A stretch of DNA of 33,694 bases from Dehalococcoidia bacterium (GCA_004297315.1 SCTU01000075.1:1-33694); one strand, 5' to 3'; shown: positions 18,930-28,102, numbered from the stretch's first letter. Notes: generated by a model not told the origin, from the sequence alone. A program made the numbers and translations.

Positions 18930-20210
18930 ATGCCTTCGACTGTCTCGTGCCTTCGACGGCCCACGGTCCTGCCCGGCCGTCCGGTCGACCCCGCACGTCT
19001 CTACGTGCGCCTCGCCGGCCTCGGCGGGTTTGCGAACGCCGCCGGCCTCGTCCTCTACGCCTACTACGTCGTACGCGTTGCGCATCTGTCGCCGCTCGAA
19101 CTGGTCCTCGCGGGCACGGCACTCGAAGCCGCGGCCTTCTTGTTCGAAATCCCGACCGGCGTCGTTGCCGACCTGGCGTCTCGGCGGCTCTCGGTCATCC
19201 TCGGCTACATGCTCGTGGGCGCGGGCTTCCTCCTGATGGGAGCGGCACCCGAGTTCTGGGCGATCGCCGGTGGCCAGTTCGTCTGGGGCATTGGCTTCAC
19301 GTTCATCAGCGGCGCGCGCGAGGCGTGGCTCGCGGATGAGGTCGGTGACGACGTTGCCGGACCCCTCTATCCCGCGTTTGCGAGGCGCCGCCAGGTTGGC
19401 TCGCTCCTTGGCGGGTTCGTCGGCGTCGGTATCGGCTGGTGGTGGGCGGCGGGCACGCTGCTTGCCGGTGGCGTGCTCTATGCGCTCGCCGGGGTCTACC
19501 TGCTGTTCGCGATGACCGAGCATGGCTTCACGCTCGCGGCCCGCGAGGACCGCGCCACGTGGCGCACTCCCTTCGTACAGGCTGGCGCCGGCCTGCACGT
19601 CGCACGATCTCGCCCGGTCGTGATCACCGCCCTACTCACGACACTGCTGATGGGTGGCTCTTCCGAGTCATTCGACCGGCTCTGGGGCTTTCACCTCATC
19701 AACTCGTTCAACGGGCTGCCCGACGTAATGCCGGAGGCACTCTTCTTTGGCCTCGTGCAGCTCGTCGCGCAACTCGGGTCGATCGCCGCGCTGCGGATCG
19801 CGCAGTCGAGGACTGACTTCAATAGTTCTAGCAGCGTCGCAATCGGTCTGATCGGCTCGAACCTCGCGATCATCGTGACAATGGTCCTGTTCTCGGCCGC
19901 CCCGATGTTCGCGATTGCCCTTGTGGGCGCGTGGGCCACGTTCTGGGTGCGCGCCGTTGAGGAGCCGTTCGCCACGGCGTGGGTGAACCGGGGTCTGGCC
20001 TCGCAGACGCGCGCGACCGTGCTCTCGACGATGGGCCAGTCGAACGCCCTCGGTCAGATCGTTGGCGGCCCGCTGTTCGGCCTGCTCGCCGCCGCGGCGG
20101 GCGTCCGCGCCTCGATCGCCGTCGCCGCGCTCGTGCTCATCCCCGCTGTGGCGCTCTATTGGAGGCATCGCAGCGTTGAGTCGAATGACCCGGTGGACCT
20201 GGCGACGTGA
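18930..20210 (+). CDS. TetA(P)-like MFS efflux transporter
   Basis: HLSPLELVLAGTALE..FLFEIPTGVVAD..SRRLSV, QFVWGIGFTFISGAREAWLADE, SESFDRL and RATVLS..GQ..GGP match the TetA(P)/Tet(40) family pattern. Substrate is not established. Confidence 0.85.
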   Translation: MPSTVSCLRRPTVLPGRPVDPARLYVRLAGLGGFANAAGLVLYAYYVVRVAHLSPLELVLAGTALEAAAFLFEIPTGVVADLASRRLSVILGYMLVGAGFLLMGAAPEFWAIAGGQFVWGIGFTFISGAREAWLADEVGDDVAGPLYPAFARRRQVGSLLGGFVGVGIGWWWAAGTLLAGGVLYALAGVYLLFAMTEHGFTLAAREDRATWRTPFVQAGAGLHVARSRPVVITALLTTLLMGGSSESFDRLWGFHLINSFNGLPDVMPEALFFGLVQLVAQLGSIAALRIAQSRTDFNSSSSVAIGLIGSNLAIIVTMVLFSAAPMFAIALVGAWATFWVRAVEEPFATAWVNRGLASQTRATVLSTMGQSNALGQIVGGPLFGLLAAAAGVRASIAVAALVLIPAVALYWRHRSVESNDPVDLAT

Positions 20211-20222
20211 TCCCCAGCGCGG

Positions 20223-21023
20223 CTAGTAGTGGATCGAACGCGGTGCGCCGCCACCGGCCGCAATCGCGTCGCCGTTAATAGCGACCGAGAGCGGCGAGGC
20301 GAGGAATGTCACGACGGCCGCGATGTCGCTTGCGTCGATCAGGCGGTGGACCGAGTTCCCCTCCGCCATCTGGCGCTCGACCTCGGCGGGGGTCGTGCCG
20401 CGCGAGGCGGCGCGGCGGGCGAGGACGGCCTCGGTGGCCTCGGTGCGCGTGATGCCCGGGTGGACGACCGTCACGTTGACACCCAGCGGCCCGAGCTCGT
20501 CCGCCAGGTTCTTCGTCAACGCCGCGACCGCGACGTTGCGCATCGACCCGATGATCGAGCCGGTCTGCCGCGCCGCCAGCCCCGAAATGTTGATGATCCG
20601 CCCCCAGCCATTCGAGGCCATGTGGGGCGCGGCCTCGCGCGCGCAGCGCAGATAGCCCAGCACCTTCACGTTCATGTCGTCGTTGAACGCCTCGTCCGTG
20701 ATCTCCGCGAGGCGCGGCGGGGGCGCCTGCCCGCCCGGCTTCGCCGCCGCGTTCACGAGGATGTCGACGCCGCCGAGGCGCGCGACTACGGTCCGCATCA
20801 TCCCGCGCACGGACTCGTCGCTGCCCGTGTCGCACGCGACCCCGACGACAGTGCGCCCAGACGCGGCCGCGATCTCGCTCGCGGCCGCGTCGAGGTCAGC
20901 CTGCGTCCGCGCGACGAGCGCGACATCGCACCCCTCGCGCGCCAGCGACAGGGCGCACGCCTTGCCGATGCCCTTGCTGCCGCCGGTCACCACCGCGCGC
21001 TTGCCCGTGAGTCGCAGGTCCAT
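20223..21023 (-). CDS. SDR family oxidoreductase (atypical active site)
   Basis: TGGSKGIG, DILVNAA, GRIINISG and VHPG motifs. Start at ATG 21023 after SD GAGGGG. Confidence 0.9.
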   Translation of the reverse strand: MDLRLTGKRAVVTGGSKGIGKACALSLAREGCDVALVARTQADLDAAASEIAAASGRTVVGVACDTGSDESVRGMMRTVVARLGGVDILVNAAAKPGGQAPPPRLAEITDEAFNDDMNVKVLGYLRCAREAAPHMASNGWGRIINISGLAARQTGSIIGSMRNVAVAALTKNLADELGPLGVNVTVVHPGITRTEATEAVLARRAASRGTTPAEVERQMAEGNSVHRLIDASDIAAVVTFLASPLSVAINGDAIAAGGGAPRSIHY

Positions 21024-21133
21024 CGTGTCCCCTCGCCTTCCGTCCCCCGCGCACGGTAACGCGCCGCCGCGGACTGCTGGGTACACTCGACTCCCGCACG
21101 CCCTCTGACATGCACCCGGTGATGGAGCGCAGC

Positions 21134-21514
21134 ATGAACCCGATCGTCCACTTCGAGATCCTCGCCGGGCCCGGCCAGGACAAGCAGAAACTCCAAGAGT
21201 TCTACGCGCGCACCTTCGACTGGAAGGTCGAGGTGGACAACCCGTTCAACTACGGCATGGTCGACCCCGGCGCGAGCAAGACCGGCGAGCGCGGCATCGC
21301 CGGCGCGATCGACGCCTCCGAGGATGGCCCCGAGGTCGTCATCTACGTCGAGGTGGACGACCCGCAGCGTTACCTCGACCGCGCGCTGGCAAACGGCGGC
21401 ATGCAGGTAATGCCCGTCACCGTGATCCCCGGCGCTGTCACGATGGCGCAGTTCCGCGACCCCTCCGGCAACCTCCTGGGCATCGTGGCCTCGGCGACAC
21501 CACCGGGCGAGTAA
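21134..21514 (+). CDS. VOC/glyoxalase family protein
   Basis: NPIVHFEI, FYARTFDW, IYVEVDD and FRDPSGNLLG motifs. Confidence 0.9.
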   Translation: MNPIVHFEILAGPGQDKQKLQEFYARTFDWKVEVDNPFNYGMVDPGASKTGERGIAGAIDASEDGPEVVIYVEVDDPQRYLDRALANGGMQVMPVTVIPGAVTMAQFRDPSGNLLGIVASATPPGE

Positions 21515-21539
21515 CCCGGGCGCGGAAGGCGCGCTCGGG
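21515..21539 (+). terminator. Hairpin immediately after the VOC gene stop
   Basis: CCCGGGCGCG-GAAGG-CGCGCTCGGG (10 bp with one G-U pair); no U-tract. Confidence 0.35.
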
Positions 21540-21643
21540 ATCGGGCCGGCATGCGGGCCGAAGCGCCGCCTCGAACATCGGCGGTCGGAAGGCTATTCTC
21601 GGCGTCCGGCGGACCAGGCTGCCGGTAGGGCACGGAGCAAGCG

Positions 21644-22711
21644 ATGAGCCAGAAGGTCCGCGCGCAATTGATCGGGGCGACTGGCTACGGCGGCCTCGGC
21701 ATCCTGGAATTGCTGATCGGCCACCCGAATTTCGAGATCGCCGCGCTGGTGGCCCGCGACGACGCTGGGAAGCGCATCGACGAGGTCTACCCGCACCTGG
21801 CCGGCCGCTGCGAAATCACCGTGCAGGCCCCCGACTCGGTGGAGGTGGGCGCAGACTGCGACGTCGTGATCTTCGCGACCCCCGACCGCGTCTCGCAGCC
21901 ATATGCCGCCTCCCTCGTCGCGCGCGGTGTGCGCTTCATCGACTACTCGGGCGACTTCCGCTTTGCGAACACGGACGACTACGCCCGGTACGCCAGCCGC
22001 CACCCCTCGATCAGCGACACGAAGCACCAGGCCGCCGACCTGCTCGGCCGCGCGGTCTACGGTGTGACCGAGCTGAATGTCCCGGGCATCGCAAATGCGC
22101 CGATCGTCGGCAACCCAGGCTGTTTCGCGATCGGCATCGTGCTGGGCATGGCGCCGCTCTACCAGGAAGGACTGGTAGAGGACGGGGTCGTGATCGTGGA
22201 CGGGCTGACGGGCTCGTCCGGCGCGGGCAAGAAGCCTGCGCCGCTCCAGCACTTCAGCCACCTGAACGACAACGTCGTCCCCTACCGCGTCCTGAACCAC
22301 CAGCACACGGTGGAGACCGAATTCACGCTCGGGCGGCTGGGGAAGGCCAAGGGCGCCAGCATCGACTTCATCCCGCACCTGCTGGGCACCACCCGGGGCA
22401 TCCTGAACACGATGCACACCACCCTCACGAAGTCAGTCTCGCGGGAGGCGCTGCTGGCACAGTATCGCGAGTACTTCGCCGGGCACCCGTTTGTGCGGGT
22501 GCTGGACACCCCGCCCACGCTCAAAGGCACGCTCGGCTCGAACTACATCGACGTCTCCGTCTTCACTTCGCCGGACAACCGGAGGGCGGTCGTGATGACG
22601 TCGATCGACAACCTGATGAAGGGCCAGAGCGGCTCGGCGATGCAGAACCTCAACGTTATGTTCGGCCTGCCGCAGACCGCCGGCCTGGAGCGCGGCCCGC
22701 TCTACCCCTAG
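21644..22711 (+). CDS. argC: N-acetyl-gamma-glutamyl-phosphate reductase
   Basis: GATGYGG, DYSGDFRF, YGVTE, NPGC, SGAGK, HQH..E, PHL..TRGI and IDNLMKG..G.AMQN.N motifs. Confidence 0.92.
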   Translation: MSQKVRAQLIGATGYGGLGILELLIGHPNFEIAALVARDDAGKRIDEVYPHLAGRCEITVQAPDSVEVGADCDVVIFATPDRVSQPYAASLVARGVRFIDYSGDFRFANTDDYARYASRHPSISDTKHQAADLLGRAVYGVTELNVPGIANAPIVGNPGCFAIGIVLGMAPLYQEGLVEDGVVIVDGLTGSSGAGKKPAPLQHFSHLNDNVVPYRVLNHQHTVETEFTLGRLGKAKGASIDFIPHLLGTTRGILNTMHTTLTKSVSREALLAQYREYFAGHPFVRVLDTPPTLKGTLGSNYIDVSVFTSPDNRRAVVMTSIDNLMKGQSGSAMQNLNVMFGLPQTAGLERGPLYP

Positions 22712-22936
22712 GCCCAGGGCGAGGCCCCGACGCAGCACCCCTCAGATTCCAGCGACGATGTTGCCGGGAGCGAACGAGTCTCAGCGCCATATCGTTCCTC
22801 GAATGTCGGGCACACCGTCCGACGGCCGGGTACGGCTGGAGCCGCCACCCGAAGTACCCGGAGGACGGCGCCGGCCGTTGCCCCGCCTGGGCCGGCGCCG
22901 CTTTCGGGGGCATTTCAAATCTGTGGGATCGGGCGC

Positions 22937-22962
22937 GAGACGGCGTGCCCACGAGGGACGTT
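22937..22962 (+). promoter_or_regulatory. Candidate ECF-sigma autoregulatory promoter
   Basis: GAGAC-N17-CGTT, about 20 nt upstream of the sigma ATG. Confidence 0.45.
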
Positions 22963-22983
22963 ATCGTGAGACTTGGGACGGCG

Positions 22984-23628
22984 ATGGTGTGGGCCACATT
23001 CAGCCCGCCCGCGGTGCTGCCGTTCCGCGGGGCGAAGGCGGGCGCGTTGGACCGTACTGCAGCGCGCGACGCCGCTGTCTCGGCCGACCCGGCCGATGTC
23101 ACGCGCCTCGTCGACCGCGCGAAGGCCGGGGACTCACAGGCCTTCGGCCTCCTATACGACCGCTTCCAGCCGGAGATCCTCCGCTACCTCACCTACCGGA
23201 CGCGCAACGCCGAGACCGCCGAGGACCTCACGCAGCAGGTCTTCCTCAAGGCATGGCAGGCCATCCCGCGCTTCGAGCAGCGCGGCGTGCCGTTCAAAGC
23301 CTGGCTGTACCGCATGGCCCACAACCAGATGGTCGACCACTTCCGTACCCACAAGCCCACGAGCGAACTGGGCGACTTTGACCTGCCCGACAGCGCCGAC
23401 CAGGAGTCTGCGCTGCTCGCCGTTGAGATGAGCGAGGCGCTCCAGCGCGCCCTCGACCGGCTCTCGGAGGACCACCGCCAGGTCCTGGTCCTGCGGTTCC
23501 TGATGGAGAAGTCCGCGCGCGAGATCGGCGAGGTGATGGGCCGCAAGGAGGTCACCGTCCGTGGCCTCCAGATGCGCGCCCTCCAGGCGCTGCGTCGCGA
23601 GATCGAGACGATGGGAGGGCTGCCATGA
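22984..23628 (+). CDS. ECF RNA polymerase sigma factor
   Basis: AFGLLYDR, AEDLTQQVFLKAW and FKAWLYRMAHN..VDHFR (region 2); region 4 L..LSEDHRQVLVLRF..EIG. Start is uncertain (22945 or 22984). Confidence 0.93.
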   Translation: MVWATFSPPAVLPFRGAKAGALDRTAARDAAVSADPADVTRLVDRAKAGDSQAFGLLYDRFQPEILRYLTYRTRNAETAEDLTQQVFLKAWQAIPRFEQRGVPFKAWLYRMAHNQMVDHFRTHKPTSELGDFDLPDSADQESALLAVEMSEALQRALDRLSEDHRQVLVLRFLMEKSAREIGEVMGRKEVTVRGLQMRALQALRREIETMGGLP

Positions 23629-25532
23629 CCAGGCGTCTCCCGGTCGATGAAATCGTGGACCGTTGCGTGGAGGAGATCCGCAGCGGCCGGAGCACGGTGG
23701 AGGAGTGCCTGCGGCGCTACCCCGAGCTTAACCACGAACTGGAGCCGTTGCTCCGCGCCGCCGAGGCGTTGAGCGCGCTGCCGCGCACCGTCCAGGCCTT
23801 CTCCCCCGACCCGCACCAGCGCGCCGCGTTCATGGCGACGCTGCGCGAGACGCCGCAGCAGCGCCGCCGCTGGCAACCCTCGCTCCCTGCGCTGCTTGGC
23901 ACGGGCGCCTTCCGCATCATCGGGCCGGCCGTCGCGCTGGCGGCGCTCGCGGTGGTGGCCGTCTTCGGCGGTGGTGGCGGCACGCCTGCGGCCGCCTCGA
24001 CGCTGACCGTATTCGACGGCGAGGTGCAGCGCCTCGACAGCGCCGAGTGGAGGCCGATGCGCGACGGCGACACGGTCGAGCCTGGTGTGCGCCTGCGCAC
24101 CGGGGCCGCCGGCCACGCGCTGCTCACCTTCCCGGACGGTTCCACCGTCGCCCTCGATCCGCTGACCGAGCTCGCGGTCGAGACGATCGCGGTCGCCCCG
24201 CGCCGGGTCGAGGTTCGTCAACTCTCCGGCCGTCTCTGGCACGACGTCGTTCACGACGAGACGGCGGGCGCGCGGTTCGTCGTCCTCACGCCGGACGCGC
24301 GCGTGGAGGTGGCGGGCACCGTCTTCGAGACCATTGTGGACGTGAGCACCGGCCAGACCGACGTCGCCACCGTGGACGGCGAAGTGCGCGTGGTGGCGGG
24401 CAGCCAGACGGTCCCGGTCGGCCGTGGCGAGACGCTCCGCGCGAGCGCCGCGACGATCCAGTCCGTCTCCACCGCACCGCTGCTGGACGGCGCCCTCACG
24501 GTAAATGGCCCGTTCGCCGCAGCCATCATGGCCACAGACGGCCGCGGCGCCGGCGTGCGCACCGACGGCGTGGTCTTCCAGCAGTTGCGCGGGGTCACCA
24601 CCTCGCGCCAGGACGGCCACCAGCGGTTCGACCTTCAGGATGCGGGTTCCGGCGACCTCGTGCTGGTCCTGCAGCGGTACGGCGAGGGCGGCGGCGAGAT
24701 CGTGCTCGACACCGCGCACGGCCAGCAGCGGTTCAAGATCAACGCCGAGACACGCCTCACCCGCCTCCCGCTGCGCCTCGAAGTGTTCGAGGGGCTGCCG
24801 GCGTTCGCGGTGACAGCGCCCCCGGTCGCCGACGACGCCGCCCCCGTGCCGGCCGCACGCATCGTGACCAGCGACCGCACGAAGGACGCCGTGGAACTCG
24901 GTCAGGGCAAGGAGGGCCGTGGGAGCGGGCGCGCCACGACCGCCCGGACGCCGACGCCGAACAACGCCACGAGCGCGCCCGCGTCCCCGGCGACTGATCG
25001 AGACTCGGACCGCACCGCCACACGCACGCCGGACGTCACGCCCACGCCCAGCCCGACGCCGTCGGTAGCCGCGACGAATGCCGTCCCTGACGCGGCCGTG
25101 CTGGCCTACGCACAGCGGCTCCGCATCGCCATCGCCTCGGGCCGGCCGGAAGCCATCCGTGCCGCCCTCCTTGAAGCGGTCGCCGGAGACAACTCCGCAC
25201 TTCGACGGCGCCAGGTGGCGGTCATCGCCTCGGCACTTGGGGACGACACGAACGCGTTGCGCATCGGCAGCCTGTTCGTCTCCGGCGACAACGGAGCGTT
25301 GCGCGACAGCCTGCGTACCGTGCTGGCCGAGCTCGGCAATGACGCGCGCGAGACGTTCGACGACGCCGTCGCGCACGCGAGCGAACGACGGCAGCAACAG
25401 TCCTCGGACGACAACCGCACGCCGACGGCTACGCCGCGCGCCGCCACGCCGGCAACGACCACCACGGCGACGGCTACGCTGGGCGTCATCATCACCCCGT
25501 CGGCCTCCGGATCGCTGGTGCCGCTGCCCTGA
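23625..25532 (+). CDS. Membrane anti-sigma factor with FecR-like extracytoplasmic domain
   Basis: ATGA overlap with the sigma gene. Helical N-domain (VEECLRRYPE..ELEPLL), one TM, a FecR-like domain (LTFPDGS..L...T; GRLW; TPDARVEVAGTVF; V..GEVRV) and Pro/Thr linkers. Confidence 0.8.
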   Translation: MTRRLPVDEIVDRCVEEIRSGRSTVEECLRRYPELNHELEPLLRAAEALSALPRTVQAFSPDPHQRAAFMATLRETPQQRRRWQPSLPALLGTGAFRIIGPAVALAALAVVAVFGGGGGTPAAASTLTVFDGEVQRLDSAEWRPMRDGDTVEPGVRLRTGAAGHALLTFPDGSTVALDPLTELAVETIAVAPRRVEVRQLSGRLWHDVVHDETAGARFVVLTPDARVEVAGTVFETIVDVSTGQTDVATVDGEVRVVAGSQTVPVGRGETLRASAATIQSVSTAPLLDGALTVNGPFAAAIMATDGRGAGVRTDGVVFQQLRGVTTSRQDGHQRFDLQDAGSGDLVLVLQRYGEGGGEIVLDTAHGQQRFKINAETRLTRLPLRLEVFEGLPAFAVTAPPVADDAAPVPAARIVTSDRTKDAVELGQGKEGRGSGRATTARTPTPNNATSAPASPATDRDSDRTATRTPDVTPTPSPTPSVAATNAVPDAAVLAYAQRLRIAIASGRPEAIRAALLEAVAGDNSALRRRQVAVIASALGDDTNALRIGSLFVSGDNGALRDSLRTVLAELGNDARETFDDAVAHASERRQQQSSDDNRTPTATPRAATPATTTTATATLGVIITPSASGSLVPLP

Positions 25533-25535
25533 CGG

Positions 25536-26606
25536 TCAGACCGCGGGGCGAGAGTCCGGCGGCCTCACGCTCACCGGCCGCATCGGCACGCCCTCGGCGG
25601 CAAGGGCGGCCGGCAACCGCTGGGCGAGGACGTGGCGCAGTTCGGCGGCCTCCGCGAACCCGCGCGCCCTTACCCGGACGACGACTTCGACGTGGTTGTC
25701 GGCGAACCGGTTGATGCGTACGGACGGCTCCGGGCCGGGGAGCGCGCCGGGCTCGCTGTCCCGCACGCGACGCGCCTCCGCGGCGAGCGCTCGGACGGCG
25801 AGCGCAAGGTCGACGTCGTAGGTGACGCTGAGTTCGAGCCGTGCGTCCATCCCGGGGTCGCCGGCGGAATAGTTCGTGACTACGGAACCCGCAAGCAGGC
25901 TGTTCGGCACGATCACGATGTTGTTGTCCGCGTTGCGCAGCCGCGTCGCGCGCCAGCCGATGTCCTCGACGCGGCCCGAAGGCCCGCCCGCCATCTCGAT
26001 CTGGTCACCCACGCGCACCGAGGCGTCCGAGAGCATGTAGGAAGAGGCGAAGAGGTTGGCGAGCAGCGGCTGGAGTGCCAGCGCCACCGCCAGACCGCCG
26101 ATCCCGAGTCCCGCGAGCAGCGGGCTGATCTCCACGCCCAGCGCGTCCAGGACGATCATCGCGCCCGCGAGGACGATCGCGACGCTCGAGGCGCGGCGGA
26201 CGAGCGGCGCCGTCCGCGCGTCCAGGCGCCCTCCAGCGGCGCTCGGACGGGCGGCATACCAGCCGAGCAGACGTGACACCGTCTGCTGCACGGCAAGCGT
26301 CACGATCGCGACGGTGGTCGCGAGCCACGCCCGTTCGAGGCGCAGGTGGTGCGGCTCCAGGTACGAGAGCGTGCGCAGCGCCAGGAAGAGCGCCTGGGCG
26401 AACACGAGGAGCACCAGCGGGGCCCGCAGCGCGCCGGCCAGCGCCTCGTCCAATTCGCGCTGTGCGGCGCGTGTCACGCGATGCACTGCCCAGCGCAGCG
26501 CGACGGCCAGCAGTCGCGCTGCAGCGGCGGCGAGCAGCACGAGGGCGAAGGCCGCTGCGGTCTCGCCCCATTCCGCGCGGGTCAGGCCGAATCTCAGTCC
26601 ATCCAC
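25536..26606 (-). CDS. mscS: Small-conductance mechanosensitive channel (MscS family)
   Basis: LLAGLGIGGLAVALALQ..LANL, VGDQI, GRVEDIGWRATRLR and VIVPNS motifs. Confidence 0.92.
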   Translation of the reverse strand: MDGLRFGLTRAEWGETAAAFALVLLAAAAARLLAVALRWAVHRVTRAAQRELDEALAGALRAPLVLLVFAQALFLALRTLSYLEPHHLRLERAWLATTVAIVTLAVQQTVSRLLGWYAARPSAAGGRLDARTAPLVRRASSVAIVLAGAMIVLDALGVEISPLLAGLGIGGLAVALALQPLLANLFASSYMLSDASVRVGDQIEMAGGPSGRVEDIGWRATRLRNADNNIVIVPNSLLAGSVVTNYSAGDPGMDARLELSVTYDVDLALAVRALAAEARRVRDSEPGALPGPEPSVRINRFADNHVEVVVRVRARGFAEAAELRHVLAQRLPAALAAEGVPMRPVSVRPPDSRPAV

Positions 26607-26688
26607 CGAGGCATCCTACCCCACAGATGTTTCACAACTCGAATCGGAGCACGTGCCATACTCGACTGCGTCCGAAGGGAGAGCCGCC

Positions 26689-27552
26689 GTGTTCCAGTCG
26701 CTGTTCCGTTCGCTCGCTCACACCGTCGAGTTGATGAAGACCTCGTGGCGCGTCCTGATGCAGGACCGCGAACTGATGGTGTTCCCCATCCTCTCGGGCA
26801 TCGTCGTCATTGTCATCGCCGGAATCTTCGCGGCGCTCGCCTTCAACCTCGGGACGTTCGACCGGCTTTCCGCGGCCCGCGAGGCAGGTGCTCAGGCGTC
26901 GTTCACCGCGGCTGACATCACGCTCGGCACAGCGCTGGCATTCAGCGTCACCGCCGTCACGGTGTTCTTCAACGCGGCACTGATCTCGGCAGCCCTGGAG
27001 CGCCTCGACGGTGGCGACCCGACGGTGCGGTCAGGCCTCCGCGTCGCAAGCCAGAGCCTCCCGGCGGTCCTCGTGTGGGCCGCGATCTCCGCGACCATTG
27101 GGCTGCTGCTCCAGGCCGCCCGCGGCCAGTCACGCGGCGGCGCCGGCGCGATGCTCGTGCGGATTGGCGTGGCGATGGTCGGTGGCATCTGGGCCTACAT
27201 GACGTTCTTCGTCGTCCCTGTGATGGTCGCGGAGCGCCTGGGCGCCGTGGCCGCGATCAAGCGCTCGAGCGCGCTGTTCCGGCAGACATGGGGGCAGCAG
27301 GCCGGGGCGTCGTTCGGCTTCGGGCTGATCTACGTCGGCGCCGCGCTCGTGACCGCAGCGGTCGCCGTCCCGTTGATGATGGTTTACCCGCTCCTCGGGA
27401 TCATCGCAGGTGGAGCAGTCTTCGCCGTCGCGTTCGGAGCGGTCGCGGCGATGGAGGGGATCTTCAAGGCCGCGCTATTCCGCTTCGCCTCCGGCCAGCC
27501 GTCCGCAGCCTTCGACGACGCCACACTGCGGTCGGCGTACCGCGCGCTCTAG
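26689..27552 (+). CDS. Membrane protein, DUF6159-like
   Basis: SWRVLMQDRELMVFP, FFNAAL, TFFVVPVMV.E..AIKRS..LFRQTWG; about 6 TM. Start at GTG 26689 after AAGGGAG. Confidence 0.75.
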   Translation: MFQSLFRSLAHTVELMKTSWRVLMQDRELMVFPILSGIVVIVIAGIFAALAFNLGTFDRLSAAREAGAQASFTAADITLGTALAFSVTAVTVFFNAALISAALERLDGGDPTVRSGLRVASQSLPAVLVWAAISATIGLLLQAARGQSRGGAGAMLVRIGVAMVGGIWAYMTFFVVPVMVAERLGAVAAIKRSSALFRQTWGQQAGASFGFGLIYVGAALVTAAVAVPLMMVYPLLGIIAGGAVFAVAFGAVAAMEGIFKAALFRFASGQPSAAFDDATLRSAYRAL

Positions 27553-27565
27553 CGATCGCGAACGG

Positions 27566-28102
27566 TCATGCGTGCGTGTCCCCGTCCGGGCCGAGGCGTT
27601 CCCCGGCGCGAATGTGGACGCGCAGGCGGTTCTCCGCCGGCGGGATCGGACATGAATACGCTGCGTTGTACGCGCAGTACGGGTGGTAGGCATAGTTGAA
27701 GTCGAGCAGCAACCGGACGCCATCCAGCACCGGGAGGTCGAGGTAGCGCCCGGCCCCGTACGTCTCGGACCCTGCACCAGCATCGACGAACGGCAGGAAG
27801 AGGTCGCCGGTGTCCGGCTGACGGAACACCGTCAACGATTGCTCGACGCCCTCGACCACGAACCGCAGGCGAGCCCAGCGCTCGTACTCGCGGTTCTGCC
27901 CGTCTGACGTCGATAGTTCGACCGCCTCGACCTCCTCGTACGGCTCGGGCGTCACCTCGAAGGCCAGGTGCGGCGCCTCTGGGTAGTACGCGAGGCCGCC
28001 GAAGTTCCGCCGACTGGGGACCGGCAACGGCGACGCAGGGTCGTCGCGGAAGAATTCGTCCTTCCCCGCCCGGTAGGTCTCTAGTTCGCTCGGCGTGCTC
28101 AT
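27566..28102 (-). CDS. DUF1684-like protein
   Basis: LFLPF.D...G.ETYGAGRYLD and LDFNYAYHPYCAYN..YSCPIPP.EN.L...I.AGE motifs. Confidence 0.9.
   Translation of the reverse strand: MSTPSELETYRAGKDEFFRDDPASPLPVPSRRNFGGLAYYPEAPHLAFEVTPEPYEEVEAVELSTSDGQNREYERWARLRFVVEGVEQSLTVFRQPDTGDLFLPFVDAGAGSETYGAGRYLDLPVLDGVRLLLDFNYAYHPYCAYNAAYSCPIPPAENRLRVHIRAGERLGPDGDTHA

Larger units (their letters stand above)
18735..20322. mobile_element. Candidate 1,588-bp inserted cassette (no integrase within it)
   Basis: Bounded by the direct repeat of the SDR 3' end with a 27-bp identical core (18708-18734 / 20296-20322). Confidence 0.55.

Noticed and set aside
21644-22711. Stand-alone argC as a possible LysY or secondary-metabolite enzyme
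   Set aside because: All ArgC motifs are present and no lysW/lysX or biosynthetic genes are nearby; scattered arg genes are common.
22741-22784. CTCAGATTCC and GAGTCTCAG also occur near 15421 and 15506
   Set aside because: Matches are only 9-10 bp, spacing differs and there is no 11-bp phasing; consistent with chance.
26056-26688. Long N-terminal extensions in the ORF track (26056, also 29648, 32016, 18441, 21086, 10727)
   Set aside because: They overlap neighbouring genes or promoters; downstream starts have SD sequences and match the family N-termini.
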